A stretch of 64,000 nt of DNA, from the sequence record NC_019411.1; one strand, written 5' to 3'. Made by a program: the position numbers and the translations under genes. This document shows, piece by piece, positions 8,528 to 17,990 of the stretch. Each line of letters starts with the position of its first letter. Position 1 is the stretch's first letter. A model generated the notes under the pieces. That model saw only the letters and a list, made by a program, of their open reading frames with translations, made no database searches and was not told where the DNA came from.

Positions 8528-8556
8528 ACCCTAGAGGAGCGTTCGAGTGTTGACAA
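8528..8556 (-). promoter_or_regulatory. leftward promoter of gcrA operon
   Basis: TTGTCA-N17-TAGGGT on minus strand. Confidence 0.55.
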
Positions 8557-8582
8557 GCACCAATGTCGCTGGCTTTCGAGTG

Positions 8583-8641
8583 TTGACAAGTCCGGTGCTC
8601 GTCTATAGGGGAGACCGGGACGACAACGAAAGGAGCCTGCC
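8583..8641 (+). promoter_or_regulatory. cassette promoter
   Basis: TTGACA-N17-TAGGGG...GACGACAAC GAAAGGAG. Confidence 0.75.
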
Positions 8642-8950
8642 ATGCGCTATGTGCTCGACTATGCCGACGACCGGGACAAGCCGGTCTACACCGATTTCCA
8701 GGCCGGCGACCGCAAGGCGGCCATCGCCAAGGCCAAGCGCCTGCTCGCCAAGGCGATCAAGACCGTCGATTTCTCGCTCCACGGGGCCTACATCTTCGTC
8801 GATCCGACGGGCGTCGCCCGCGACGTCGACGACATGATCCCGTTCGGGATGCTGAGCACGATGGCCTACGCCAGCATCGTCACCCCGTCGATGATCTCGT
8901 TCGACGACCGCGACGCCAAGGCCGCGATCGCCACGAGGCTCGCCCAATGA
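8642..8950 (+). CDS. hypothetical protein
   Basis: first gene after promoter, RBS present. Confidence 0.75.
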   Translation: MRYVLDYADDRDKPVYTDFQAGDRKAAIAKAKRLLAKAIKTVDFSLHGAYIFVDPTGVARDVDDMIPFGMLSTMAYASIVTPSMISFDDRDAKAAIATRLAQ

Positions 8951-9159
8951 TGGATCGTCAGGACGTCCAGCCCGGCTTCATCTATCGCGGCGGCAAGAAC
9001 GGAACCCTGCGTCAGATCGTGAGCTATGGGGCGACCGAGGATTTCGTCTGCTGGGCCAATCCCCACGACCGCCTGCCCTACGGCGGCTTCATCTCCACCA
9101 TCTGCACGTCCAGGACGTCGTTCGCCCGCTGGGCCGACAAGATCGAGGAAGAGGTCTGA
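8947..9159 (+). CDS. hypothetical protein
   Basis: overlap-coupled ORF. Confidence 0.65.
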   Translation: MMDRQDVQPGFIYRGGKNGTLRQIVSYGATEDFVCWANPHDRLPYGGFISTICTSRTSFARWADKIEEEV

Positions 9160-9431
9160 TGAACACCTTCTTCCTCCGGCAGACCAAGCGGGACGAGCAG
9201 GGTCGACGCTACTTCGAGTTCGTCGATCCTGACCTGACCCAGCGCCTCTATGTCCGCAAGCCGCCGGACGAATGGTCCGAGGGCTTCCCGATCGTCCTGG
9301 AGGACTTCGTCAATGGCAAGCCCGCCGGCTCCATCATCTGCCCGGCCGGAAAGAAGCGGGGCCACGGCTTCGCGGCCTTCTTCAAGGCCAACCCCAAGGA
9401 TTTCCGCAAGCTCAAGAAAGGCCGCCTATGA
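9159..9431 (+). CDS. hypothetical protein
   Basis: TGATG coupling. Confidence 0.65.
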   Translation: MNTFFLRQTKRDEQGRRYFEFVDPDLTQRLYVRKPPDEWSEGFPIVLEDFVNGKPAGSIICPAGKKRGHGFAAFFKANPKDFRKLKKGRL

Positions 9432-9694
9432 GGATTCCCCAGCCCGTCGAATTCACCGTGGCCGACCTCATCGCCCACCTTGCGACCCTTCCCCAGGACG
9501 CCAAGGTTGGCGTGCGTGGCGGGTTCGGGGGCTTCCGGCCGCTCGACGAGATCGCCCCGATCGAACTCGTCACCCTCTATGGCGAGGACGAGACTGACCG
9601 GCTGACCCTGGCGACCGCCGATCCCATCGCCCAGAAGTGGATGGCCCAGGAGTCCCGCGCTGGCGAGCCCTTCACCGCCATCATTCTCGACTAG
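9428..9694 (+). CDS. hypothetical protein
   Basis: ATGA coupling; start MRIPQP. Confidence 0.65.
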   Translation: MRIPQPVEFTVADLIAHLATLPQDAKVGVRGGFGGFRPLDEIAPIELVTLYGEDETDRLTLATADPIAQKWMAQESRAGEPFTAIILD

Positions 9695-9702
9695 GAGGAC
9701 CC

Positions 9703-9942
9703 ATGACGAACCGTGTCTGGATTGAACTCGAACCGTCCGCGACCGAGGGGCACGCCCGCGCCGCCGCCGCGTCGGCCATGCTGAAGCGCCTGGGTGTCGA
9801 CGTCGGCGTCCACAAGCCGGTGTTCTGGCACGAGCGCAATGAGCGCTACTGCTTCACGCTCGACGCCTCGGGCGTCTACGTCGAGGCCGACGACCACGGC
9901 CACTGGTACAACCTCGATTTCCTGGCGGGCGCCGATGTCTGA
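9703..9942 (+). CDS. hypothetical protein
   Basis: AGGAGG RBS. Confidence 0.7.
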   Translation: MTNRVWIELEPSATEGHARAAAASAMLKRLGVDVGVHKPVFWHERNERYCFTLDASGVYVEADDHGHWYNLDFLAGADV

Positions 9943-10330
9943 GGTCTTCCCGCCGATCCGCCCCCGCGAGGCCAGGGACGAGGAAATCCACGGCTTCGTC
10001 GTCCGCTACGGCTGGTTCTGGAACGTGACCCTGCTGAACGGCACGATCCTGGCCTTCGATCCCGACGATGTCGACCCCTGCCGCTACGGCGTGACGGGCA
10101 AGGACGACTTTCGCAACCTCGCCGGCGCGCCTGAGACGATCGCGGCCTACGAGTGCGTCCAGGGCTGGCACGCCAAGGCCAAGCACCTCTCGGGCTGGAC
10201 CGAACGTCACGACGACCGGCTCGAAGCCCTGCGGACGGCTTATCGCCGCCTGGAGGAGCAGCGCGAGCGCAACAGCCGCGCCCTGGAGGAGCACGGCGGC
10301 ATCTTCAAGTTTCTGGAAGGTCAGGACTGA
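9935..10330 (+). CDS. hypothetical protein
   Basis: packed ORF; start MSEVFP. Confidence 0.65.
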   Translation: MSEVFPPIRPREARDEEIHGFVVRYGWFWNVTLLNGTILAFDPDDVDPCRYGVTGKDDFRNLAGAPETIAAYECVQGWHAKAKHLSGWTERHDDRLEALRTAYRRLEEQRERNSRALEEHGGIFKFLEGQD

Positions 10331-10572
10331 TGCAGAGGACCCTCCATTCGACCGGCCAGGAACTTTCGGTCAAGTTCAAGTTCCCGAGTGAAAACCTGAC
10401 CTTAACCGTGCATGCCGAACAGGACAGCCCGATGGCGTTCCTTTGGGTCGAAGGCCGCTCGGTCGACTATTTCGAGAAGCTCCTGAGCTTCGAGCCGGCC
10501 GATCTCGATCTCCTGATCGCCACCCTGTCCGAGGCGCGCAAGATGATCCGCGAGCGCGAGCCGCAGGACTGA
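10330..10572 (+). CDS. hypothetical protein
   Basis: TGATG coupling. Confidence 0.6.
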   Translation: MQRTLHSTGQELSVKFKFPSENLTLTVHAEQDSPMAFLWVEGRSVDYFEKLLSFEPADLDLLIATLSEARKMIREREPQD

Positions 10573-10573
10573 C

Positions 10574-10828
10574 ATGCTGACCAAGGACGAGATCACCTTC
10601 GCGGGCCTGATCAAGGCCATGGAGGACGCCCGACGCACCGCCAAGGCGGCGGGCGATCTCGTCAGCACGGCCGAGATCGACCGCTGGTTCAAGGAACACG
10701 CGCCGATCATCCGGGAGGTCCGCGACAAAGCCGAGGCCGACGAATTCGACGCTGGCGCGAGAGTGTTGACAGCCTCTGAGGAAGGGGCTAAAGACACCCT
10801 CGACGACAGCGAAAGGAGCCTGCCTTGA
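10574..10828 (+). CDS. hypothetical protein
   Basis: packed ORF; 3' end overlaps next promoter. Confidence 0.55.
   Translation: MLTKDEITFAGLIKAMEDARRTAKAAGDLVSTAEIDRWFKEHAPIIREVRDKAEADEFDAGARVLTASEEGAKDTLDDSERSLP
10766..10824 (+). promoter_or_regulatory. cassette promoter (variant GACGACAGC)
   Basis: TTGACA-N17-TAAAGA...GACGACAGC GAAAGGAG. Confidence 0.75.
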
Positions 10829-11844
10829 CCGACTTCCCGATCATCCGCGCCGCCATCTCGCCCCGCCGGGCCGCCCAGTTCGACGCCGCCCTGGCGAACG
10901 TGAAGGCCTTCACCGAGGAAGGCGTCCTGATCAAGGCCGAGTGGAACGACATCAAGGACACGTTCAGCCGCGCGATCGCCGAGACCTGGGACGCGTTCAA
11001 GGACAAGGAATACTACCCCCGCGCCCGCCAGGGCGAGCACGAGAACGTCGGCAAGCTCTACTGGGAGCTTCTGAGCCCCTACCCCCATGTGCTGGCCGGC
11101 TATCTGAAGAAGGTCCAGAACGCCAAGAACATCGAGCCGGCGATCCTGCGCGACTTCCCGATCGCCTTCTTCACCGAGGCCCTGCCGCTCAACGACATGC
11201 TGGTCGCCCTGAAGCCGCTGATCGGCAAGCGCGCGCCGAAGAAGACCAAGGTCCAGATCGAGCGCGAGGGCAAGGAGCGGACCTGTCAGGTCTGCGGTCG
11301 CGGCATCCTGGCCGAGAACGGCCGGATCGCCCACCACGGCTATCAGCGCCCCGGCATGGGCTATCAGACCCCCTCGTGCAGCGGCGCCCTGGAACTGCCC
11401 TTCGAGATCAGCCGCGACGCCTTGGGCGCCGACATCGAGAACCTGAAGGCCTACCGCGCCCGCCGCCAGACCTATCGCTCCGACGTCAACCTCGAACTGG
11501 TCAGCCTGCCGGTCAAGTATCAGGTCTCCGAGCAGGACCCGCGCCGCGCGCCGGGTTTCAAGCACGTGGTCGACAAGATGATCCACGTCACCCGCGCCGA
11601 CTGGGACGCCCAGAAAGCTGAAACCCCCGAGGCCTTCGCCGGCAAGTACGGGCCGCGCAAGCCCAACTACACCTACGAGCCCTTCACCTTCGACGCCCTG
11701 AAGACCCAGGTCCTGGGCATGGTCGACGGCGAGATCGAGTTCATCACCGGCACGATCCGGGCGCAGCAGAAGCGCTATGACGACTGGAAGCAGACGATGG
11801 AGTTCGTCGACGGCCAGTATCGGATGCTGGAGGTCGCGGCTTGA
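10825..11844 (+). CDS. hypothetical protein with Zn-ribbon-like motif
   Basis: 339 aa; CQVC...HHGY...C. Confidence 0.8.
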   Translation: MTDFPIIRAAISPRRAAQFDAALANVKAFTEEGVLIKAEWNDIKDTFSRAIAETWDAFKDKEYYPRARQGEHENVGKLYWELLSPYPHVLAGYLKKVQNAKNIEPAILRDFPIAFFTEALPLNDMLVALKPLIGKRAPKKTKVQIEREGKERTCQVCGRGILAENGRIAHHGYQRPGMGYQTPSCSGALELPFEISRDALGADIENLKAYRARRQTYRSDVNLELVSLPVKYQVSEQDPRRAPGFKHVVDKMIHVTRADWDAQKAETPEAFAGKYGPRKPNYTYEPFTFDALKTQVLGMVDGEIEFITGTIRAQQKRYDDWKQTMEFVDGQYRMLEVAA

Positions 11845-12029
11845 CTATCACCGCCCACGCAGAATCCGTCCTGGCGCTCCAGGCGCAGGCCGCCGACACC
11901 CTCAATCGGGTGATCGGAGAGCGCAACGCCGCCACGGGCGCGAAGAAAACGCGCCTGCGCCGCCTGACCCTGATCCTTGAAGACGTGATGGGCGCCTGCA
12001 ACGACGCCGTGGAGGAGATGCGCCGGTGA
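11841..12029 (+). CDS. hypothetical protein
   Basis: overlap-coupled ORF. Confidence 0.55.
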   Translation: MTITAHAESVLALQAQAADTLNRVIGERNAATGAKKTRLRRLTLILEDVMGACNDAVEEMRR

Positions 12030-12421
12030 TCTTCAGTTCCAAAACCCAGCCCCACTGCCGCTGCTGCGCCAAGCCGATCAAGAAGCACACCCGCCGCCAC
12101 TATTTCGGCTCCAGGGAAGCCAAGGACAACGGCTGGTCGCTCGACCGGATCGAGACCCCGATGTCGGAGGACGAACTGCGCCGGCTGGTGAACGGTCATA
12201 TCGTCTCGTTCGCCTGGAGCCACGACGTCACCTACGACGCCAACTACAAGGCCGTGCGGAAGAAGACCCACATCGCCTGGGCCAACGTCTGGGACGGCGA
12301 GACCTACGAGGACGGTTATTTCTGCACCCTGCGGTGCGCCGCCGCGTTCGGGAGCATGGTCGCCGAGCACTATCCCGATATCCACACCCAGGCCTACGCC
12401 GACTTCAAGGACAAGCGATGA
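12026..12421 (+). CDS. hypothetical protein, Cys-containing
   Basis: CRCC ... CTLRC. Confidence 0.65.
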   Translation: MIFSSKTQPHCRCCAKPIKKHTRRHYFGSREAKDNGWSLDRIETPMSEDELRRLVNGHIVSFAWSHDVTYDANYKAVRKKTHIAWANVWDGETYEDGYFCTLRCAAAFGSMVAEHYPDIHTQAYADFKDKR

Positions 12422-13140
12422 ACGACGAGATCAAGAGAACCCACGAGGCCTACGGGATCATCGGCTATAGCCACACCCAGGGCGACACCGATCTGGTCGG
12501 CGTCGACTACGCCCAGGGCCACTATGTGACCCTGACGATCAAGACGGCCGTCGCCTATGAGGGCGAGACCCATGACCGCTTCCACGGCGACAAGTACATC
12601 TGCAAGGTGGCGATGAGCGAGGTCCAGTGGGCCGCCTTCATCGCCAATCCGAACCGGGGCGACGGCGTGCCTTGCACCTTGCAGTTCTATCGCGATCCGC
12701 TGACCGGCGAGACCAAGCACCCAAAGTATCATCGCGAGCAAATGACCCGCGTCGAGCGCACCCGCGAGGCCGTCACCGCCCGCGCCAAGGCCCTGTCGAC
12801 CAAGGTCAAGGAGGCCCAGGCCGAGCTTCAGAGGTTGATGGACGGCGGCCCGATCAAGAAGGGTGATCTGAAGACGCTCAAGGACCTGCTCTACTTCGCC
12901 AACCAGGACATGGAGTCGAACCTCGGCTACTTCGTCGAGCGGGTGGAAGAGACCATCGACAAGGCGGTGGTCGACGCCAAGGCCCAAGTCGACGCCCATC
13001 TCGACTTCGTGGTTCGCGAACTGGGGGTGCGGGCTCTGGGCGCGCGGCTCCAGGAGGCCATCGACGCGGGGCATGATCCTGGCTCCGTGGGGCAGGCCCT
13101 GATCGGGCTCGTGGCGCCGCCGGAGGCAGACCCGACGTGA
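12418..13140 (+). CDS. hypothetical protein, coiled-coil C-half
   Basis: ATGA coupling; start MNDEIK. Confidence 0.75.
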   Translation: MNDEIKRTHEAYGIIGYSHTQGDTDLVGVDYAQGHYVTLTIKTAVAYEGETHDRFHGDKYICKVAMSEVQWAAFIANPNRGDGVPCTLQFYRDPLTGETKHPKYHREQMTRVERTREAVTARAKALSTKVKEAQAELQRLMDGGPIKKGDLKTLKDLLYFANQDMESNLGYFVERVEETIDKAVVDAKAQVDAHLDFVVRELGVRALGARLQEAIDAGHDPGSVGQALIGLVAPPEADPT

Positions 13141-13382
13141 GCCGCCGGTTCCTCAACCGCTGGGCCGAGGCGGTCGACGGCTCGCCCCAGTCCAAGCCCT
13201 TCCGGACCAAGGGCCTGTCGTTCGCCCATGCCCGCAGGACGGCGCGGGAGACCCAAGGGGTCGTCGCCGTCGAACACCAAGAACCCGTCAGCGACGCCTC
13301 GCCCAACTGGGCGGTGATCGAGCGCTGGGAATTCTATCCCGACGGCCGTGAGCGCCGCACCCTCAAGCTGGAGACCGTCTGA
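13137..13382 (+). CDS. hypothetical protein
   Basis: overlap-coupled ORF. Confidence 0.6.
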   Translation: MSRRFLNRWAEAVDGSPQSKPFRTKGLSFAHARRTARETQGVVAVEHQEPVSDASPNWAVIERWEFYPDGRERRTLKLETV

Positions 13383-13383
13383 C

Positions 13384-13881
13384 ATGACCCGCAGCACCGC
13401 CGACATCATCGCCCGCATCAAGGTCCTGGAGGAGGACCCCACCGACTTCTTCGGCTTCCAGGCCAATGATCTGGTCTGCTACCTGCCGTTCGAGGCCGCC
13501 AAGCCTTGGCTGAATGAAAACGCAACGCCCGAGGTCTGGACGCCCAACGTCAACACTCCCGAGGCGATCAAGCAGGTCATCCTCGACTACATGGAGTTCG
13601 CCTGGGATAAGGCCAACAACCGGCGCGGCCTGTCGGCCGGGCGCTCGCTCGACCACATGAAGGCGTGGCTCTGGATGCTGGACGAGGACGCGGCCTGGGT
13701 CGCGGCCCTGAAGCTCTCCGACTACACCCACTACGGCAAGCCGCAGCTTCGCGCGATCTGCAAGCGTTTCGGCTGGGACTGGACCGCCTGGGACGACGGC
13801 GCCTGGGGCAACAGCGAACACCGCGAAATCGACGTCAGGCCCGAGGACGTCCCCGAGGTCGGGATCGTCGAGCCGGCCTGA
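13384..13881 (+). CDS. hypothetical protein
   Basis: start MTRSTA; phage-like codon bias. Confidence 0.7.
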   Translation: MTRSTADIIARIKVLEEDPTDFFGFQANDLVCYLPFEAAKPWLNENATPEVWTPNVNTPEAIKQVILDYMEFAWDKANNRRGLSAGRSLDHMKAWLWMLDEDAAWVAALKLSDYTHYGKPQLRAICKRFGWDWTAWDDGAWGNSEHREIDVRPEDVPEVGIVEPA

Positions 13882-13902
13882 ATCTTTCCTGGCGCGAAAG
13901 TG

Positions 13903-13961
13903 TTGACAAGGTTCTGGGAACTCCTCTATACCCACGCTCGACGACAACGAGAGGAGTTCCC
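13903..13961 (+). promoter_or_regulatory. cassette promoter
   Basis: TTGACA-N18-TATACC...GACGACAAC GAGAGGAG. Confidence 0.75.
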
Positions 13962-15722
13962 ATGGCCGAGACCATGTCCCTGAGTTTCCGGATCGAAGGC
14001 GCCGCCCTGGTGGAACGGGCGCGCGATCGCGTCATCGAAGGTAACTGGGAGCACGGCCTGCGCATCCTGGTCGAGGGCCTGCACGGCATGTCCTACGAAC
14101 TCGCGATCGACATCCTGCTCGGCAAGCACACCCTGGGCGGCTGGTCCTCGGACCCCGAGGGCGTCTATCTCACCGACCAGGACCCGGAGGACGAGACTTT
14201 CAAGCGCTACAAGGAAACCCTCGACTACCAGTTCGCCGGCGTCTTCAAGCTGGACGACGGCCGGATCATGCGCCCCTACGCGGTGGTCGACAGCTTCTCC
14301 AAGATCGACTTCGACTCTAGGGTCCGCTTCCTGCGGCTGGCCCAGGGCTCGGACCCGGTGTTCTCGCGCCCCAAGCGCTATCACGACCCCCGCGCCGAGA
14401 TCAACGGCGAGGAGATCGACTGGGCCTATCGCGCCCTGCACTACGCCGACGAGCCGACCCAGGACATCGTCCGTCTGGTCCGCATGGAGGGCTTCCACCC
14501 CACGATCCGCGCGGCGGTCCTGTTCAAGGAAGTCCGCGACTACCCCAAGCTCCTGCTCCCGAAGGTCGAGACCGACGCCCAGAAGGCCGTCGACGTGGCG
14601 ATCAAGGCCCAGCGCGGCCTCTCCAAGCGCGGGCACGTCTACGAGTATGGCGCTGGTCAGGACTTCGACAAGGAGCACTACAAGACCACCATGGGGATCG
14701 ATCAGGTCCCCACCGCGTGGTCCGTGCGCAATCCGAAGTACGTCGATCCCGACGCCAAGTTCGTGAAGGACACCCTGGCCGAGATCGACGGCGACAAGCG
14801 CCCGGCGCCGGCCGGTGATTACGCCGGCGCCATGAACCGGATGATCAAGGATGAGATGGACGGCGGCATGGACATCAGCGCGGCCGTCGCCATGACCCAG
14901 GCCAAGATGGCGCTGCTGGGCGGCATGGCCGAGGACCCCGAGCAGCGCCTGCGGGCGATCAACGACGCCTACGCCGCCAAGTACGAGAAGGCCGAGGGCC
15001 GCAGCGTCGAGGAGTACCGCAAGGCCATCATCGCCCAGGCCGGCGATGATTTCTTCGATCTCGCGTACACGGATGTGAACGGCAAGGACGTCGTCCTGAA
15101 GGTCCCGACCGCGCCGTTCGAGCAATGGGCGCTCTGGCGCACGGCCGGCTCCCACCTCGCCAAGCCCTGGAAGCGGGTGACCTACACCGGCTTCAAGACG
15201 TTCGGCGATGATCCCTATCACACCGACTGGGTGCTGGGCGCTGGGCTCAATCCCGAAGATTGGCCGATCATCGAGGCCGACAACCCGCCGCTCCATAAGG
15301 CCGCCTGGGACAAGCGCTTCCGGCTGGCCGAGGAGAAGCTGGGCGGCAACATGCGCGTCCTGCTCGGCAAGGGCTTCGTGACCGGCAAGATCGTGATGCT
15401 CAAGCCGGGCGAGGCCCTGTCACCGGGCGAGATCGGTGTGATCCGCAACGCCGGCCCCGACTACGTTCAGGCCGCCCAGAGCGCGATCGAGCACAACACC
15501 GCCTTGATCTGCGAGAACGGCGGCAGCGTCGCCCACCTCGTGGTCGAGTACCTGGACAAGCCCCTGCGCCTGACCCGGATCGAGAACGCGCGCAAGATTT
15601 TCAAGGACGGCATGACCGTCTACCTCGACTTTGACAAGTCGACGCGAGAGATCGCCAAGGGCGGCCTGGGGCCGAGCCCTGCCGATCTTGGCCTCGACAC
15701 GGAATGGGAGATTTTCGAATGA
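13962..15722 (+). CDS. 586-aa protein with C-terminal PEP-utilising mobile (phosphohistidine swivel)-like domain
   Basis: GEIGVIRNAGPDY...ALICENGGSVAHLVVE. Confidence 0.7.
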   Translation: MAETMSLSFRIEGAALVERARDRVIEGNWEHGLRILVEGLHGMSYELAIDILLGKHTLGGWSSDPEGVYLTDQDPEDETFKRYKETLDYQFAGVFKLDDGRIMRPYAVVDSFSKIDFDSRVRFLRLAQGSDPVFSRPKRYHDPRAEINGEEIDWAYRALHYADEPTQDIVRLVRMEGFHPTIRAAVLFKEVRDYPKLLLPKVETDAQKAVDVAIKAQRGLSKRGHVYEYGAGQDFDKEHYKTTMGIDQVPTAWSVRNPKYVDPDAKFVKDTLAEIDGDKRPAPAGDYAGAMNRMIKDEMDGGMDISAAVAMTQAKMALLGGMAEDPEQRLRAINDAYAAKYEKAEGRSVEEYRKAIIAQAGDDFFDLAYTDVNGKDVVLKVPTAPFEQWALWRTAGSHLAKPWKRVTYTGFKTFGDDPYHTDWVLGAGLNPEDWPIIEADNPPLHKAAWDKRFRLAEEKLGGNMRVLLGKGFVTGKIVMLKPGEALSPGEIGVIRNAGPDYVQAAQSAIEHNTALICENGGSVAHLVVEYLDKPLRLTRIENARKIFKDGMTVYLDFDKSTREIAKGGLGPSPADLGLDTEWEIFE

Positions 15723-16015
15723 GCGAGAAGTGGCAACCGGTGGAGGAAGCCGCCAATAACCTCTCCGGCTGGAACGTGCGCTCGGCCCAGATGGCGGTCG
15801 CCGGCGGGACCCTCTATCGGACGATCGTCTCGCGCGACAGCCAGGGCGCCGCGCCGGCGGTGAGCACCACCTTCATCCCGGACGCCCCGCCGCAGTTCAC
15901 CGTCCAGGTCACCGACGAGGACCTCCGGAGCCTTGCCGAGTGCAAGGACGTCGCCAGGGCGCGCAGCCTGTTCCGGGGCATCCTGAAGGCCCACGGCCTG
16001 GAGATCATCGCCTAG
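15719..16015 (+). CDS. hypothetical protein
   Basis: ATGA coupling; resembles 8327-8506. Confidence 0.65.
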   Translation: MSEKWQPVEEAANNLSGWNVRSAQMAVAGGTLYRTIVSRDSQGAAPAVSTTFIPDAPPQFTVQVTDEDLRSLAECKDVARARSLFRGILKAHGLEIIA

Positions 16016-16240
16016 ATGCCGGTCTACGAACTCTCCGTCACCGCGATCCACCGCGACACCGTCACGATCGAGGCTGATAGCGAGGAGGCGGCCCGCGCCC
16101 GCATCCTCGAAGAAGGCTATGCCAATGGGGACGACATAAAGTCGGTTCACCACGATGTCGATCCGGAGATCGAGATCGGCGACGCGCGCGACGTGACGGA
16201 CGAGCAGTGGATCATCAGCACCTCGGACGAGGAGGACTAA
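16016..16240 (+). CDS. small acidic hypothetical protein
   Basis: packed ORF; TIEADSEEAA. Confidence 0.65.
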   Translation: MPVYELSVTAIHRDTVTIEADSEEAARARILEEGYANGDDIKSVHHDVDPEIEIGDARDVTDEQWIISTSDEED

Positions 16241-16747
16241 ATGGCCGACTTCAGCCGCGCCCGCCGCTCCATGGAGACCGCCGACCTGATCGAACGCCTC
16301 AAGGCCCTCTACGACCTGGAGGACGCCCGCGATATCCCAGACGAGGAGACCAAGGCCGCCTTGAAGGAGGCGGTGGTCCAACTCGGCTATCTTCACGAGC
16401 AGGTCGAGTTTGGAGAGAGCCTCCAAAAGTCCTATCAGAACCTGATCAACTACTACAAGACCGACGCCCTGGCCTCGTCCCAGGAGCCGGACTTCAAGCG
16501 CGCCGCCCGTGAGCTTCATCTGATCGAGTCCTACCCGCCCAGACTGCGGCTGGCGGTCGGTGGTTTCCGTAAGGCCATGGACGAGCAGGGCTTCTTGAGT
16601 GGTGAGAATGGCCGCGCGATCAGCCGACTGATCAGCAAGCATCTCGATCATGATCTGGCGGGCGTGCTGGGCTCGGAGATTAACTACTATACCCGCAAAG
16701 CCATCGGGGCGCTGCGGGGTCTGGCCCCCGAGGAACCCAAAGCATGA
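16241..16747 (+). CDS. hypothetical protein
   Basis: GAGGAGG RBS. Confidence 0.7.
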   Translation: MADFSRARRSMETADLIERLKALYDLEDARDIPDEETKAALKEAVVQLGYLHEQVEFGESLQKSYQNLINYYKTDALASSQEPDFKRAARELHLIESYPPRLRLAVGGFRKAMDEQGFLSGENGRAISRLISKHLDHDLAGVLGSEINYYTRKAIGALRGLAPEEPKA

Positions 16748-17316
16748 TCGATCCGAAAGCCAAACTCGCTGACCAAGTCGCCGGCCTCGGCCGTGACGGC
16801 GCTCGCCTCTGCGCCGAGGTGCAGGAACGCTGCGCCAGCAACATCGCCGACGCCGTGCTGGAATTCGTCGCCGACGCCGAGACGATCATCGAGCGCCAGC
16901 AAAAGCGCGTCGATGAACTCCAGGTCTCGACGGCGCGGCGGATGCACGTCGAGCGGGCCTATCTGCGGGTGATCCAGGAGTTCATCGCCGCCAAGCGCCT
17001 GCCGAGCCTGACGGCGTTCCATGATGCGGTCGGCATGCTCCAGGCCCAGACCGAGCAGATGAACGGCGACATCGAGCGGCTCGCGACCTATCTGCGCGGA
17101 CTGGACCGCCGCGCCATGGACCCCAAGCTGAAGGACCTCGTGGAGCACCTGGACTTCTACATCTTCCACGAGTTGATGCGGAAGATACACTATATCGAGC
17201 ATTTCGTCCTGCGAGACGCCCGCCTCGCCCTGGTCAGCCTGACCGAGGCCGACTTCGGGCGGATAGGGCTGGGCGAGCGGCCCGAGCCCCCGGTCAGCCA
17301 GGACATGCCGTCATGA
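16744..17316 (+). CDS. hypothetical protein
   Basis: ATGA coupling. Confidence 0.7.
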   Translation: MIDPKAKLADQVAGLGRDGARLCAEVQERCASNIADAVLEFVADAETIIERQQKRVDELQVSTARRMHVERAYLRVIQEFIAAKRLPSLTAFHDAVGMLQAQTEQMNGDIERLATYLRGLDRRAMDPKLKDLVEHLDFYIFHELMRKIHYIEHFVLRDARLALVSLTEADFGRIGLGERPEPPVSQDMPS

Positions 17317-17543
17317 TCGAGCACGTCTGGCGCCGTGATCCGCGCGGTCCCGCCTATGGCTTCCAGCGCCTGGACCTGGACGAGGCCCTGAAGATTGTCG
17401 CGGTCGAAAAGCAGGACTTCCTCCTCCATCTGGTCGCGGTCCTGCACGAGAACAACCTCCTGCGCGACGCGGACGTCATGGAACTGCTCGGCAAGGGCTG
17501 GGCGCTCGACTCCTACGACCTCCATCACATCGAAGACGATTAG
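17313..17543 (+). CDS. hypothetical protein
   Basis: ATGA coupling. Confidence 0.6.
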   Translation: MIEHVWRRDPRGPAYGFQRLDLDEALKIVAVEKQDFLLHLVAVLHENNLLRDADVMELLGKGWALDSYDLHHIEDD

Positions 17544-17546
17544 GCG

Positions 17547-17603
17547 TTGACAACACTTTCGCGCCAACATAGAACCGCCCTCGACGACAACGAGGAGGCT
17601 TCG
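17547..17603 (+). promoter_or_regulatory. cassette promoter
   Basis: TTGACA-N17-TAGAAC...GACGACAAC GAGGAGG. Confidence 0.85.
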
Positions 17604-17987
17604 ATGAAGCTCGCGACCCAAGACCGCACCGATCCGCGCCTGAACATGCGCTACCGCCTCGCCAAGGCGGTGTTCTATTACGGCGGCCCGCACGAGTACC
17701 CGATCCACCTGAACGACTGGTGGAACGAGGTGACGCCGGCCGACGTCGAGGACCGCATCTCCGAACTCTGCCGCGAACTGTCCAAGCTGTCGGGCCAGAC
17801 CCTGGCGCCGGCGACCTTCTACGAGCGGATGAAGCTGGGCTTCGTCGACCTCCCGGAAGTGAAGGACGAGGACTTCGCCGCCCTGTCGGAGACGACTCGC
17901 AACAACCTGCTCGCCATGCAGGACCGCTTCTCGGTCCACGGGAGCGGCTTCATGCTCTACTGGAACATCGTCAAAGAGGAGGCCTGA
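17604..17987 (+). CDS. hypothetical protein
   Basis: start MKLATQ after RBS. Confidence 0.75.
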   Translation: MKLATQDRTDPRLNMRYRLAKAVFYYGGPHEYPIHLNDWWNEVTPADVEDRISELCRELSKLSGQTLAPATFYERMKLGFVDLPEVKDEDFAALSETTRNNLLAMQDRFSVHGSGFMLYWNIVKEEA

Positions 17988-17990
17988 GCC

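Noticed and set aside
13665-13961. 5' extensions in the ORF track (e.g. 13665, 17547, 37692, 24192, 24916, 40650)
   Set aside because: They run through promoter cassettes or other genes; internal starts with RBS fit better.
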